Assembly (NCBI GenBank): GCA_964016885.1
Contig: OZ024742.1
Span: forward strand, 127,100,001 to 127,164,000
Reading direction: 5' to 3'
Source: Eledone cirrhosa
Taxonomy: Eukaryota
DNA: 64,000 nt
The notes beneath the pieces are model-generated. The model did no database searches. It saw only the letters and a program-made list of their open reading frames with translations, and was not told the DNA's origin. The translations under genes and the position numbers were made by a program. Below, in pieces: positions 29,255-42,037 of the stretch (position 1 is the first letter of the stretch; each line of letters opens with the position of its first letter).

Positions 29255-29555
29255 ATCATCATCATCATCATTATCATCATCATCATTTTACGTCCGCTTT
29301 TCCCTGCTTATAAGGGTTGGACGGGTCCTATTCAGCACAGCATCTCTCCACCTGTCACGGTCCTTCATCATCTCCTCGGTGAGTTTCAGTGATCTGAGGT
29401 CTGCTCCACCACCTCCGCCCATGTTTTTCGTGGTCTACCTTTTCTGTGTCTTCCTTCTACGGGAATTTCTTGGCACTTCTTTACTCAGCGGTCATCCTCC
29501 ATGCACATCACATGTCCATACCATTTCAGCCTTCTCTCCTGCACACCACAACTTA
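29255..29555 (-). mobile_element. RTE LINE 3' end (truncated duplicate of 32817-33705)
   Basis: (ATC)n tail; the minus strand encodes WYGHVMCMEDD...GRPRKTW. Confidence 0.8.
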
Positions 29556-29769
29556 CTATCGTCTGTCTTCAATCAATTTTGTCAACTTTGATAGCGTCTT
29601 ACTTTATCCATCTCTTCAAAGCAAAATTAAACTCTGTTTTACGGTACACAGACACACAATCCAGCTTTGTAAAATACTGGGAACACCAGTGAAATTATTT
29701 TTTCTGGTATCTTAGTCTATGTTAATAGTAGCAACGAAATCTCCCTCAAACAATATATTTATATATTTG

Positions 29770-29804
<35 letters not shown>

Positions 29805-29921
29805 ATAAGTGAAACCTTCTAGCTTTAAGTACTTAGCTAAGAATATATCCCAAGGAAATGAAGCTTGTGAAGTGTTCTTTTGAGATAATTTTATTGAGAT
29901 CTACCAATTAGTGATTTTGTA

Positions 29922-30010
<89 letters not shown>

Positions 30011-30454
30011 AAAGTACAACCACCACCACCACTAGCACCACCACCACCGCTACCACTAACATAATCACTAACACAAACACTAACACTTATTCTAGTCTTC
30101 TTCAAATCTACTTTAAATTTCTATATTACTTTCTAGCCCTGTAATCTACACACATTAATAAATATCTCTATGAAATCTCAATAAAAAATATGAAAGTTAT
30201 TAAGAAAATAAATGCTGTTTCCATATTGGAAACTCAAGTAAATATCAGGGTCAAAGGGAGATAATTTAGAAATTTTTGACATCTAATGGTTAACAAAAAT
30301 GCTAAAACCGGCAGCCGAAAATTGAAATTTATATAAAAGAAAATGCTAGACGCAACAGCCAATTCCCCTTCTAATCATACATCTTATTATATTTCAGAAT
30401 GATATAAAGAGAACCCAAATCTCCCTTTTGTTTATATATATATATATATATATA

Positions 30455-30647
30455 AACCACAAACCCTCCATCTCAACTCTACTTTTGAAAAGCACAATAA
30501 CTGCGAAATACGTAAGGAGCCACATAAATATATAATTTTAAAAAAAAAAGACTCGTTGTATTTTCGATTTAATCTGTTTTCCTTATGCTTTCACGCGTAT
30601 AGGACATCTCGTTTTTCTTCATTTTGTAAAGAAAAAAACCTCACTTC

Positions 30648-30650
<3 letters not shown>
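30455..30650 (+). mobile_element. Older copy of the U3-A8 hammerhead repeat family
   Basis: CCCTCCATCTCAACTCTACTTTTGAAAAGCACAATAACTGCGAAATACGTAAGG; flanked by (TA)n. Confidence 0.7.
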
Positions 30651-30746
<96 letters not shown>

Positions 30747-31000
30747 GTTATTCCGGGTTCAATCGGAGGTAACCACAGTAAGTAAGGTACTCAATACATT
30801 GCAGAGTATAAAAGTTTTAATATAGATGAGATTCTACAGGACTAGAACTGTTTCATTCTTTAGAAATCATCAATATATATATATATATATTAATATTAGA
30901 AATATATTAATATTACAAAATGAAGAAATATATATGCGTTTCGTTTCGCTTTTTCTACCCGCCGAAATGCGATTCTCGCTGAATTTATATATATATATAT

Positions 31001-31072
<72 letters not shown>

Positions 31073-31075
<3 letters not shown>

Positions 31076-31145
31076 TCATCATCATCATCATCATCATCAT
31101 CGTTTAACGTCCATCTTCCACGCTTGCATGGGTTTGGACGGGAAG
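31073..31145 (-). mobile_element. RTE 3' tail stub
   Basis: (ATC)n-GTTTAACGTCC...CCACGCTTGCATGGGTTTGGACGGG matches 49621-49705. Confidence 0.75.
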
Positions 31146-31205
31146 GCATATATATATATATATAAATAAAGGATTATGAGTTCATGCAATTGACTTATGT
31201 TTTCG

Positions 31206-31264
<59 letters not shown>

Positions 31265-32816
31265 TGGTAGTGGTGGTGGTGGTGATGATGGTGGTACTGG
31301 TGGTGGTGGTGGTGGTGCTCTATTTGTTGTGATTATGGTGGGGCTGCTGATGGTAGTAATGATGATAGTACTGATTGTTGTGGTAGTGGTTGTGGTGGTG
31401 GTGGTGGTTATGATAGTGGTAGTGAAGGTGACGGTGATGGTGCTGACTGATGTGATGGTGGTAGTGGTGGTGCTGATTGTTGTGGTAGTGGTTGTGGTGG
31501 TGGTGGTGGTTATGATAGTGGTAGTGATGGTGACGGTGATGGTGCTGATTGTTGTGATTGTGGTAGTGGGGGTGGTGGTGGTTATGATAGTGATGGTGAT
31601 GGTGACGGTGCTGACTGATGTGATGGTGGTAGTGGGGGTGCTGATTGTTGTGGTAGTGGTTGTGGTGGTGGCTATGATAGTGATGGTGATGGTGATGGTG
31701 CTGATTGTTGTGATTGTGGTAGTGGGTGTGCTATCGATATTTGTGGTAGAGGCTGTGGTAGTGGTTGGTGGTGGCAGTTGTAGTTGTGATGGTGGTAGTG
31801 ATGTATGTGTGTGATGGGGATAATGATCATTGTGATGGTTATTGTGGTGGTTGACTCAGTGGTGTTTAGTGGTGGAAGTTGTGGCTATGGTGCTGCTGAT
31901 GGTTGTGGTAGTGAATGTGATGGTGGTGGTGATGGTGATGGTGTGTATATGGTGATGCTATTTGTTGTGGTATTTATTGTGGTGGTTGACACAGTGGTTG
32001 TTGTTATTGTGGAGGTGTGTGTGGTGGTGGTGGTGGTTGTGCTTGTGGTAGCTATGGTTGTGATGATGGTGGTAGTGGTGTTAGTGGTTAGAATAGCGTC
32101 ATTTGTATCACAGGCGTTGAATTCCAAGGGAGACCACTCTTAAATAAATGTTTTAACATTTCATGGCATAGCATTAGGAAGCCAGGAGTTACTTCCCTGT
32201 AGACCTTGTGCCTTACAAACATATAGAGTCAGTCGAAATAAACAGCGAATTGACAAGATCGTTACAACGTCAGATATAATGCTTCGCGGTATTCGTTCCA
32301 ATTTCTGCCCTCTGCGTTCAAATCCAGCCTAGGTTATCTTTGCTTTTTACTCTTTCGGGGTTGACAGAAAATTACTTGCTCGGTATTGGGTCGATATTTC
32401 CTCTACCTCTCTCTCTCTCTCTCTGGAAGAAATCGGCTGTGTTTAGACTCTATGATTCCAGCATGAATTATACATACATACATGATGATGGCTGCAACTC
32501 GATTTCGAGTAATACCATAGCTTGATACTTAAGCATGGGCATCACGGACGTGATCTTTTAGTCCTGCTAGCGACTTACCTACAGCCAGCAATAGCAGGCA
32601 TCGCAAAAATGTCACATATCAAACGATGCCTGTGCTTGAAGCTTTTTTAAGTGAGGGAAGGCTTTGCATGGGACCTATCCCACTCTCTGGACATCGAATG
32701 CATTTCCCAAAAAGAAGAACTGGTCTATATCATTGGATGCAAACGATGTCGCAGGTTTTATATCAGAGTGACCTTCTCCTAGAGAGATGTATTAATGAAG
32801 ACTAGGAATCTCTCGC

Positions 32817-33705
32817 TATCATCATCATCATCATCATCATCATCATTTTACGTCCGCTTTTCCCTGCTTATAAGGGTTGGACGGGTCCTATTCAGCACAG
32901 CATCTCTCCACCTGTCACGGTCCTTCATTATCTCCTCGGTGAGTTGCAGCGATCTGAGGTCTGCTCCACCACCTCCGCCCATGTTTTTCGTGGTCTACCT
33001 TTTCTGCATCTTCCTTCTACGGGAATTTCTTGGCACTTCTTTACCCAGCTGTCATCCTCCATGCGCATCACATGTCCATACCATTTCAGCCTTCTCTCCT
33101 GCACACAACAACTTATCCATCTTATACCCAGTTTCTTTCTCAACTCGTCTATGCCTGGTCGTTCACGCACATTGGCATTGCACATCCCACGGAGCATACT
33201 TGCTTCATTTCTCTCCAGCCGTCGCATATCTTCTGCAGTTGCTGCCCATGTCTCACAACCATGCAGCATCGCGCATCTCACACTGGCATCATATAACCGT
33301 CCTTTCCTACGCAGAGAGAAACCCTTCTTTCTCAACAGTGTAAGCAGCTCCATAAACTTCTTCCAACAAGTCCTTATTCTAGAAACTATGGCCTCGGAAC
33401 ACCCCCCTCCCATGCTAATCTGATCACCTAGGTACAGGAAGCTATCAACCAATTCTATAGAACCCACCTGCATTGGAAAAATGTGTCTACCACTGCGATT
33501 ACTACTGCCAACTTTCCCTGTACATCTACTGCATACGTAGTCTTCCCTACCTGTTAGTTTGCCTGCTATCCCACTACATCTCTTGTGTACCCAAGATTTG
33601 CATTGCGTACATTTTATGGAATTTATGCTAGTTCTTCTCCTACATATAGAACATGGCCATTTCCCCGATGGAATCAGAGTATTGTCCTCTCTTCTACTTA
33701 TCAAC
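32817..33705 (-). mobile_element. 5'-truncated RTE LINE with a PHD-like finger and RT C-terminus
   Basis: ORF 32928-33722: WPCSIC..CTQC..WVHKRC..CSRC, FLYLG, HGCETW, RRLKWYGHV, GRPRKTW; (ATC)n tail. Confidence 0.85.
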
Positions 33706-34732
33706 ATATATATAAATAACAAAATAAGATGCTGAGATTACACATATCGTTTAATCATTATAATTATTTCCACGGTTTTCCATGCAATCGAGATGCCCTT
33801 CATGCATTTGCTGTTGCTATGAGAACGGTATGCTCAGATGAATTACCGATATGTTTGATATGTCGCTGGCAAGAAAAAACACACGTCTATTGTTTGTGTG
33901 CCCAGCAGACATATGAGTTCCTTGAAGGGTTTGCCATCCGTCGTGTTTGCTAGAAAAAGCTATCAACGAAGAAAAAAACGAAAAAACGGTGTGTAGCCAA
34001 AGCCCAGTAGACAGTGGAAGCAATAAATGGAGCTAAGAGGGAGGGTGGGGTATATATTTTGTTGACAACAACAACAACAACGACGATGACGACGACGACG
34101 ACGACGATGACGACGACGACGACGACGACGACGACGAAAGCAACAGCTACAGTAAACAGTTACAACAACAACAACAACGACGACGACGAAAGCAACAGCT
34201 ACAGTAAACAGTTACAACAACAACGACAACAACAGCAAAAACACAGACCAGCGTCGTGTACATAGGCCGTAGCAGTCGTAGTGACGGTATCACTCCGCCG
34301 GCAATAACAACGATAACACCAAAGCAACAAAAGGAGTTCTGGGATAGGTGGATACACAGAATTGGTGGCATCAATCACCATAACTATATAGAGCTACAAC
34401 AACAATAGAAACGGCAACAAACATTAACACCGCCCATCACCTACCCCGGTCGTCGTAGTAGTGGTGGTATCATTGATATTAGTATCAAGTCAATGGCAGT
34501 AAGAACTCATTACCCGGCAGCCAGACAGTGGTAACACCAACAACAATAACAACAACAACACCAGTGATGAGCCTACCACGGTGACGGCGGCAACAAGAAA
34601 AGGCCTCGCTTCCATCCAAAGGCACAAGGCCAGCAGTAAATACATTGCAGAGAAAAACAAACTAACCACAATAGTAGTCCGTTGAAACAAGGAAGCGAAA
34701 AATGGGACAGAAATATAGATGGATATTTATAT

Positions 34733-35126
34733 GGAAAGTTATATTTAAATTGTTGGGTTAACAACGAGTAAATATTTATAACTGATATAAAAGCACTCAA
34801 CAAGTATTTGGAGTATATTTATGATATTAAATAAATGGAAACTATATTTATAAAACCATATTTATTTCGTTATATATATTTCAGGGATATCATATTAACA
34901 ATATGTTATGCCTTCTTCAGACAAAATACAATATAAACAGTCTTATAAATAAATACTGCCAAATCAACCTCCCAAATGCAAGGTGATTGAAAGGTATGTC
35001 GTATCTATTTATTTATAAGACTGTTTATATTGTATTTTGTCTGAAGAAGGCATAACATATTGTTAATATGATATCCCTGAAATATATATAACGAAATAAA
35101 TATGGTTTTATAAATATAGTTTCCAT
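34733..35126. mobile_element. Foldback pLTR of the 40131-45128 PLE family, with a 15-bp target duplication
   Basis: GATGGATATTTATAT at 34718-34732 and 35127-35141; inverted arms with HHRs at 34863-34928 (-) and 35033-35098 (+). Confidence 0.85.
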
Positions 35127-35574
35127 GATGGATATTTATATTTATAAATAAATACATGCACAGTTAATACAGTCACCTCTATCATTCTAAGGCACAAGGC
35201 TAGCAATAATTACAGTGCAGAAAAACATCTAACTACAATAGCATTCAGTTGTAACTACAGTGGCATCAATACTATTAAAAGGGCTGTTAGACTATGGAAG
35301 AGAGTTACGGGTAGCGAAAGTAAGGACAGGAACAAGCAGATAAGAATTCGAGAACACATATAGGGAACATAATAATAAAAGAACGGGACAAAAATACATA
35401 AAAAACAACAGTAGGTATACAAACAGAGAATAAGGAACAAGGGACATGAAACATGTACATACAGAGACTGCAGGTGTGCAAACAAGTTATCCATGGTTCG
35501 CCTGACACTGGGGTTGTTGTGTGGCCACGCCCGGCTCCCACGGTCAAGCTTGCAATAGTCCTCACCTAGTACAC

Positions 35575-36000
35575 CTATGTTGTTAGTCCGTACAGTTTGA
35601 GGAAGGTTCCAGATGCTCTGTGGAGGCAGGTGCTGAAGAGGTTACTCCTTTTATTGATAACTCGAGCTCCCCTCTCGATTATTTCCATAATCTCGGTGGC
35701 ACACAAATCGCATGGGTCATGTCCACCCTCTCTGTAGGGTTCGGCTGAGGCTACCTTGGACAACGACAAGGTGTATTCTATGTTATCGTGTTCGAGACGC
35801 CACACCAGTTCTGAGAGGGCGGTGCTGTATTTCTTATCAACTCTCCTAAAGGTGCGGCAGTGAGTGTACCAGCGTTCCTTAAATTTATTAGCCGTGGCTC
35901 CGATATAGGTGAAGTTTTGGTTGTTGGCAATCACCCTACATTCATATACTAAGCCACTGCTAAGGCACTTGCCTTCCAAGGGGTAGTTACTGGGGTTTCT
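35575..36000 (-). pseudogene. PLE GIY-YIG endonuclease fragment
   Basis: Motifs are collinear with the other two Hydra-type endonucleases in the window. Confidence 0.85.
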
Positions 36001-36251
36001 AGTTACAGCTCGGAGGCGTGACGTCGCCCGAATCTCCGGATCTCCGAATCGCGTTGTATGATTCCCAGGTCGTTCACGGTTTAAGATGTTACCAACAGAG
36101 GACGAGGCATCGATTGCATGGAGAACCGTGGAAATAATTATAATGATTAAACGATATGTTACCTCAGCCTCTTATTTTGTTATTTTTATAAAATTCTCCA
36201 TCGTAATTCTCCTGCTTTCTCCTGTTTTTACCAAAACAATCTTTTCTGAAC

Positions 36252-36285
<34 letters not shown>

Positions 36286-36290
<5 letters not shown>

Positions 36291-36639
36291 AAAAAGAGAT
36301 GAAATCGAAAATGCAGCTGGAGTCTTATTTTTTTTTTAAATATATATATTTATTTGGTTCCTTTAACGGTTTCGCAGTTATTCTGCTTTTCAAAAGGTGA
36401 GTTGAGATGGAGGGTCTGTGGTTTTTCTCACAGATGTGAGAAAAACCACAGACCCTCAATCTCAACTCACCCTTTGAAAAGCAGAAGAACTGCGAAACCG
36501 GTAAAGGAACCAAATAAATATATATATTTTTTTTTAAATAAGACTCCAGTTGCATTTTCGATTTCATCTCTTTTTCTTTATACTTTCACTCGTGTAGGAC
36601 ACCTCGGTTATTTTTCATTTTGTAAAAAAAACCTCACTT

Positions 36640-36643
<4 letters not shown>
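36286..36643. mobile_element. Palindromic insertion of the U3-A8 hammerhead family
   Basis: About 145-bp inverted arms centred at about 36433; HHR-like motifs at about 36360-36397 (-) and 36470-36507 (+). Confidence 0.8.
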
Positions 36644-36687
<44 letters not shown>

Positions 36688-39260
36688 CTTTTATATGTAA
36701 TAATCTCCCACTAGGTTGAGATACAAATTTGGCTGTATTGTGCTGTGCTTTCTAGCAAAAATGCCACCAGTCGTAAGCAACTACCACACCCCTTCCAACT
36801 TGACCGCGACTACGTCACGATTTTTAGCCATTTTGAAATGAATTGTTGGCGCGATCGTTTTGGAAAATTTAATGTCTAGATATGAGCGAGCTTCCTGAAG
36901 AATCCGGCGCTCGAGTTTATATAATTATTACATAATTATTGGAAAACTCAAAACACGGACGAAACCATGGTAGAGGTATTTGAATGTATTCTATTTTCTC
37001 CTAGTTTATTTTAAACCTAATTCTGCTTAGTTGACAGTATCTAGGCGATTACGCTGTCGAAATCTATATATATATAAAACTATGGTTGTCTGTCTGTCTA
37101 TCGATTTTTGGCACACATCTCCTCTTAGAATCTCTCACGGAATTGCACCGAAATTGCTATACTTGTACATTGAGCCCTAGCGAAGACATCGGAAAAAAAA
37201 ATTTCAAATTGACCCACCCTATGTGACGAAATCGAATATAATGTATCGATTTTTGAGCGTAAGTTATCAGTTATTTCCCTTTGTTCTGTTTACATTGAGC
37301 GTCTTACGTAAAAAATTACGCTGGCTTTCTCAGCGTTTAAAATGACATTAACACAATACACGAACAAAATTCATCAGTTCGAACACTAAGCTTCCGTTTT
37401 GCTTCATTTCCATTTAAAAGCATTTTAAAACAATATTTTTACTTGAAAACAAGTCTATTTAAAGACTACGTAAAACAAGCAAATATTTCGTCGTTAGGCG
37501 TGCAGACAGACAGTCGTGCAGACAGATAGTCGTGCAGAGAGGTGATATACGCGTGCAGACAGATAGTCGTGCAAAGAGGTGATATACGCGTGCAGACAGA
37601 TAGTCGTGCAGAGAGGTGATATAGGCGTGCAGACAGACAGTCGTGCAGAGAGGTGATATAGGCGTGCAGACAGATATAACTGATAATTTGGTTACGCTAA
37701 TGTTTTTCTCTGCGTTGCAGTGTTTACATTTTCGATCTTTGTTAATAAATAACCAGTGCAGTTTCTATCCCCAGCATCCTCTTTTGTTATAACATTCGGG
37801 TTATCGTTATGTTTTCTTAACTTCATAAGGCATATTGTTGGTTGAGGGAATATTAATCAAAAACACCACATGCAAGTCTGCACAGTAGACACTACAGTTT
37901 TTAAGCCAAGAAAGAAACTTAACATTGTAACTTTAACACAGCTTCATCAGTTCGAACACTAAGCTTCCGTTTTGCTTCATTTCCATTTAAAAGCCTTTTA
38001 AAACAATATTTTTACTTGAAAACAAGTCTATTTAAAGACTACGTAAAACAAGCAAATATTTCGTAAAAAAAAGCAAAAATTATATAAGTTTATTTAAAAT
38101 ATATGTATCTGTAAATTTCGTTAGGCGTGCAGACAGACAGTCGTGCAGACAGACAGTCGTGCAGAGAGGTGATATACGCGTGCAGACAGATAGTCGTGCA
38201 GAGAGGTGATATACGCGTGCAGACAGATAGTCGTGCAGAGAGGTGATATAGGCGTGCAGACAGACATAAGTGATAATTTGGTTACGCTAATGTTTTTCTC
38301 TGCGTTGCAGTGTTTACATTTTCGATCTTTGTTAATAAATAACCAGTGCAGTTTCTATCCCCAGCATCCTCTTTTGTTATAACATTCGGGTTATCGTTAT
38401 GTTTTCTTAACTTCATAAGGCATATTGTTGGTTGAGGGAATATTAATCAAAAACACCACATGCAAGTCTGCACAGTAGACACTACAGTTTTTAAGCCAAG
38501 AAAGAAACTTAACATTGTAACTTTAACACAGCTACTGAGCGACCCCGAGCAACGCCGGGCTTTATATTTTTACTTGAAAACAAGTCTATTTAAAGACTAC
38601 GTAAAACAAGCAAATATTTCATAAAAAAAAGCAAAAATTATATAAGTTTATTTAAAATATATGTATCTGTAAATTTCGTTAGGCGTGCAGACAGACAGTC
38701 GTGCAGACAGACAGTCGTGCAGACAGACAGTCGTGCAGAGAGGTGATATACGCGTGCAGACAGATAGTCGTGCAGAGAGGTGATATACGCGTGCAGACAG
38801 ATAGTCGTGCAGAGAGGTGATATAGGCGTGCAGACAGACAGTCGTGCAGAGAGGTGATATAGGCGTGCAGACAGACAGTCGTGCAGAGAGGTGATATAGG
38901 CGTGCAGACAGACATAACTGATAATTTGGTTACGCTAATGTTTTTCTCTGCGTTGCAGTGTTTACATTTTCGATCTTTGTTAATAAATAACCAGTGCAGT
39001 TTCTATCCCCAGCATCCTCTTTTGTTATAACATTCGGGTTATCGTTATGTTTTCTTAACTTCATAAGGCATATTGTTGGTTGGGGGAATATTAATCAAAA
39101 ACACCACATGCAAGTCTGCACAGTAGACACTACAGTTTTTAAGCCAAGAAAGAAACTTAACATTGTAACTTTAACACAGCTACTGAGCGACCCCGAGCAA
39201 CGCCGGGCTTTACTGCTAGTATTCGATAAATATTCCGCTACGGCCGACGCGAAGCGCTAG
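36688..39260 (+). mobile_element. Probable outer non-autonomous Helitron hosting a second Helitron
   Basis: A second GC-rich hairpin plus CTAG|T end (CGCTACGGCCGACGCGAAGCG-CTAG) at 39235-39260; the 5' end is uncertain. Confidence 0.4.
37063..39219 (+). mobile_element. Non-autonomous Helitron with internal tandem duplications
   Basis: A|TCTATATATATATAAAA 5' end, 3' hairpin CCCGAGCAACGCCGGG then CTAG|T, and no target duplication. An about 570-650-bp block occurs three times, each with a 36-bp minisatellite. Confidence 0.8.
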
Positions 39261-39454
39261 TTTTGGTTATTTGTCGGAGATTCCTTCATAGAAGCCTCAT
39301 TCGTATAGCCTGGTCTATTCGATTTTTTATATAGTTAATTATGCTAATTGGGAGAGGAAATAGTATATATTTTATCTTGTGATTCTATAGACATGTTTTA
39401 TGATATATATATATATACAGGTATATATATACATATATATATATATAGGCTGAT

Positions 39455-39990
39455 CCACCAGTTTGGGATGACAGCAAATGCAAACTGTGCAGTATTAACA
39501 TCGTAGATGACACCCACGTGATAAGCAGCTGTCTAGAGATGTCACCACGGTCCTATATAGTGATGAGTCAAGATGTATTGGCCAGAACACTATACAATGC
39601 AGTCCGTAGAAAATATAGCCCCTGCAATAAACATATTAAAAGTTACAGCAATGTGGAAGACATATAAATACATAATATGAAAGAGTACTGGAATGATCCA
39701 GTCAAAACTCCAATAAAATGTAAACATAACAGACCAGATATAAGTTATATGAGACAGGGAAAAGAAGGCATGCACAGTCGTGGAAGTCAATTTTCCGGTA
39801 GATGCCAATATAATATTAAAGATTAGCGAAAAGGAGAATATCTATGCTGAACTAATTAGGAATCTACAGATACTCCATCCTAACTATACCTCCAGATTTA
39901 TACCTGTAATCATTTGGGCTCTGGAATATGCTACTTGCTCCCTCTGTACAAATCTTAAGATGGGCTTCACAAAACCAGAATAAACACCAC
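39455..39990 (+). pseudogene. R4/Dong-like non-LTR retrotransposon C-terminal fragment (CCHC knuckle plus RLE)
   Basis: KCKLC...THVISSC, HNRPDI, VVEVNFP..EKENIY..FIPVII; frameshifted. Confidence 0.7.
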
Positions 39991-40018
39991 TAGTTAGAGC
40001 AGATGCAAGTTGCTGTCA

Positions 40019-40133
<115 letters not shown>

Positions 40134-40693
40134 CATGTAAAGTTATATTTAAAATTGTTGGGTTACAACTAGTAAATATTTATAACTGATATAAAAGCAC
40201 TCGACAAATATTTGGAGTATATTTACAATATTAAATAAATGGAAAACTATATTTATAAAACCATATTTATTTCATTATATATATTTCGGGGATATCATAT
40301 TAACAATATGTTATGCCTTCATCAGACAAAATACAATATAAACAGTTTTATAGATAAATATATTCGACATACCGTAATAAACATCAACTTCATTTGAAGA
40401 GGTTTACTCTAGCAGTGAAAATACAGAGAGAAAGAAAGAGAGAAAGAAAAGAGGGAAAAAAGAAAGAAAGAAAGACAAAACGAAGAAGAGGAAGAAAAAG
40501 AAGAAAAAGAAAAAGAAGAAATGCATGGGACAAAATAGAGAGATGGAAAAATAGATAAAGCGAAGAGCTTCATGTAAAGAGACAGAAAGATATATATATA
40601 TATAGAGAGAGGAAATAGAGATAGATACATATATATATATATAGAAAATTAGGTAGTGGGAGGTCATTTTGAGTAAGTGTATGAATGATACAT

Positions 40694-40732
<39 letters not shown>

Positions 40733-41391
40733 GCTCAAGTATTAATGTAAGGGAGATATATAGAGAGATATAGAGAGATATAGAGAGAGAAAAAAATTTA
40801 AAAATAGCCAGACATATTCGAGGCGTAGAAAACCCTATGTTTTAATGTATTAGTATTTATAAAACTTACACTATATTGTAAATATCAGTATTCCTGAATG
40901 AAACAAGTATTCACAATGTGTGAAAATTCATTATCTTATGTTTAGTTTTAAAAAATTCATATGTTTATGTGACAGCTACAAACATCAATGTGAATCCAAC
41001 TGATTCACTCTGCAAACTTTTAGTTACCGGAAAACATTCTCAGTGTGGTATAAAAATTTGAGCGTATTATTATTCTTGCGATTACTCTACAAGATTATCT
41101 ATCAAGCAGAAATAGAGAGCAGATTTCAATATACTAATCGAAAATATATATTATATTATAAACAAAGATAACAATAATAATAATAATAAGTAAAAATATA
41201 TAAAAATATAGAATAGAAAACTAAAAAAAATATATTACGAAAGAATATTACATAATAAAAATATTGCATATTAAAATACTACGTATTAAAAAATATTACG
41301 TATTAAAAATTTACATATAAAAATATTAAAAATAAAATAAAAAAATAAAATAAAAAATAAAAATATTATAGAATACTACAATACTAAAAGA

Positions 41392-41657
41392 ATAAAAATA
41401 AAAATAAAAATAAAAATAAAAATAAAAATAAAAATAAAAATAAAAATAAAAATAAAAATAAAAATAAAAATAAAAATAAAAATAGAAATAAAAATAAAAA
41501 TAAAAATAAAAATAAAAATAAAAATAAAAATAAAAATAAAAATAAAAATAAAAATAAAAATAAAAATAAAAATAAAAATAAAAATAAAAATAAAAATAAA
41601 AATAAAAATAAAAATAAAAATAAAAATAAAAATGAAAATAAAAATAAAATAAAAATA
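41392..41657. repeat. (TAAAAA)n satellite inside the PLE 3' UTR
   Basis: Direct reading. Confidence 0.95.
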
Positions 41658-42037
41658 AACCACAAAGAACAACCCTTCAAAGTTAATTGACAATATATTG
41701 CCAAGTTCATTACAAGACAAAGCCAAAAATTATCTATCAAATCACATCTAGCAAAGAATATCGCAAAAAAAGATTATGATGTCCAATAATGTCTACATAA
41801 GTTCCTATATTTAATATAGAAGTTTATCTAGTGTAAGGTTAATTCAAAAAAATTTGGAGCATCGGCTTTTAGGGTAGCTTAATTTTTCATGAGGAATGTT
41901 TAGATAAAAAATAATAAAAAATAAAAATAAATAAAATAAAATAAACAATAGAAAGAGTAAAAAGAGGGAATCAAAGATTTAGGAATCAAAAGATTTATCG
42001 GCTAGTTCTCATATAAATATAAATCAAACTAAATATA

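Larger units (their letters stand above)
27065..33117. repeat. Local segmental duplication: about 27065-29555 and about 31263-33117
   Basis: Near-identical text. ORFs 28220-28558 and 31805-32143 differ by one residue; only the repeat copy numbers differ much. Confidence 0.9.
33706..36255 (-). mobile_element. 5'-truncated Hydra-type PLE with an inverted 5' arm
   Basis: GIY-YIG ORF 35575-35979 (LVY..YIG..FKER..CDLC..INKRS..STCLH). 33715-33799 is inverted at 36106-36187. (AAC)/(ACG) repeats lie in the presumed 3' UTR. Confidence 0.75.

Noticed and set aside
30836-30873. Minus-strand TTGATGA-stem-GAAAC..GTC hammerhead remnant
   Set aside because: The 5' arm of stem I is replaced by (TA)n and U3-G8 is not compensated; at most a truncated relic.
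37495-38915. 36-bp repeats resembling a CRISPR array
   Set aside because: Contiguous tandem units with no unique spacers and no cas genes, inside a eukaryotic Helitron.
41376-41740. FI/FL-repeat membrane-like ORFs
   Set aside because: Translation of (TAAAAA)n.
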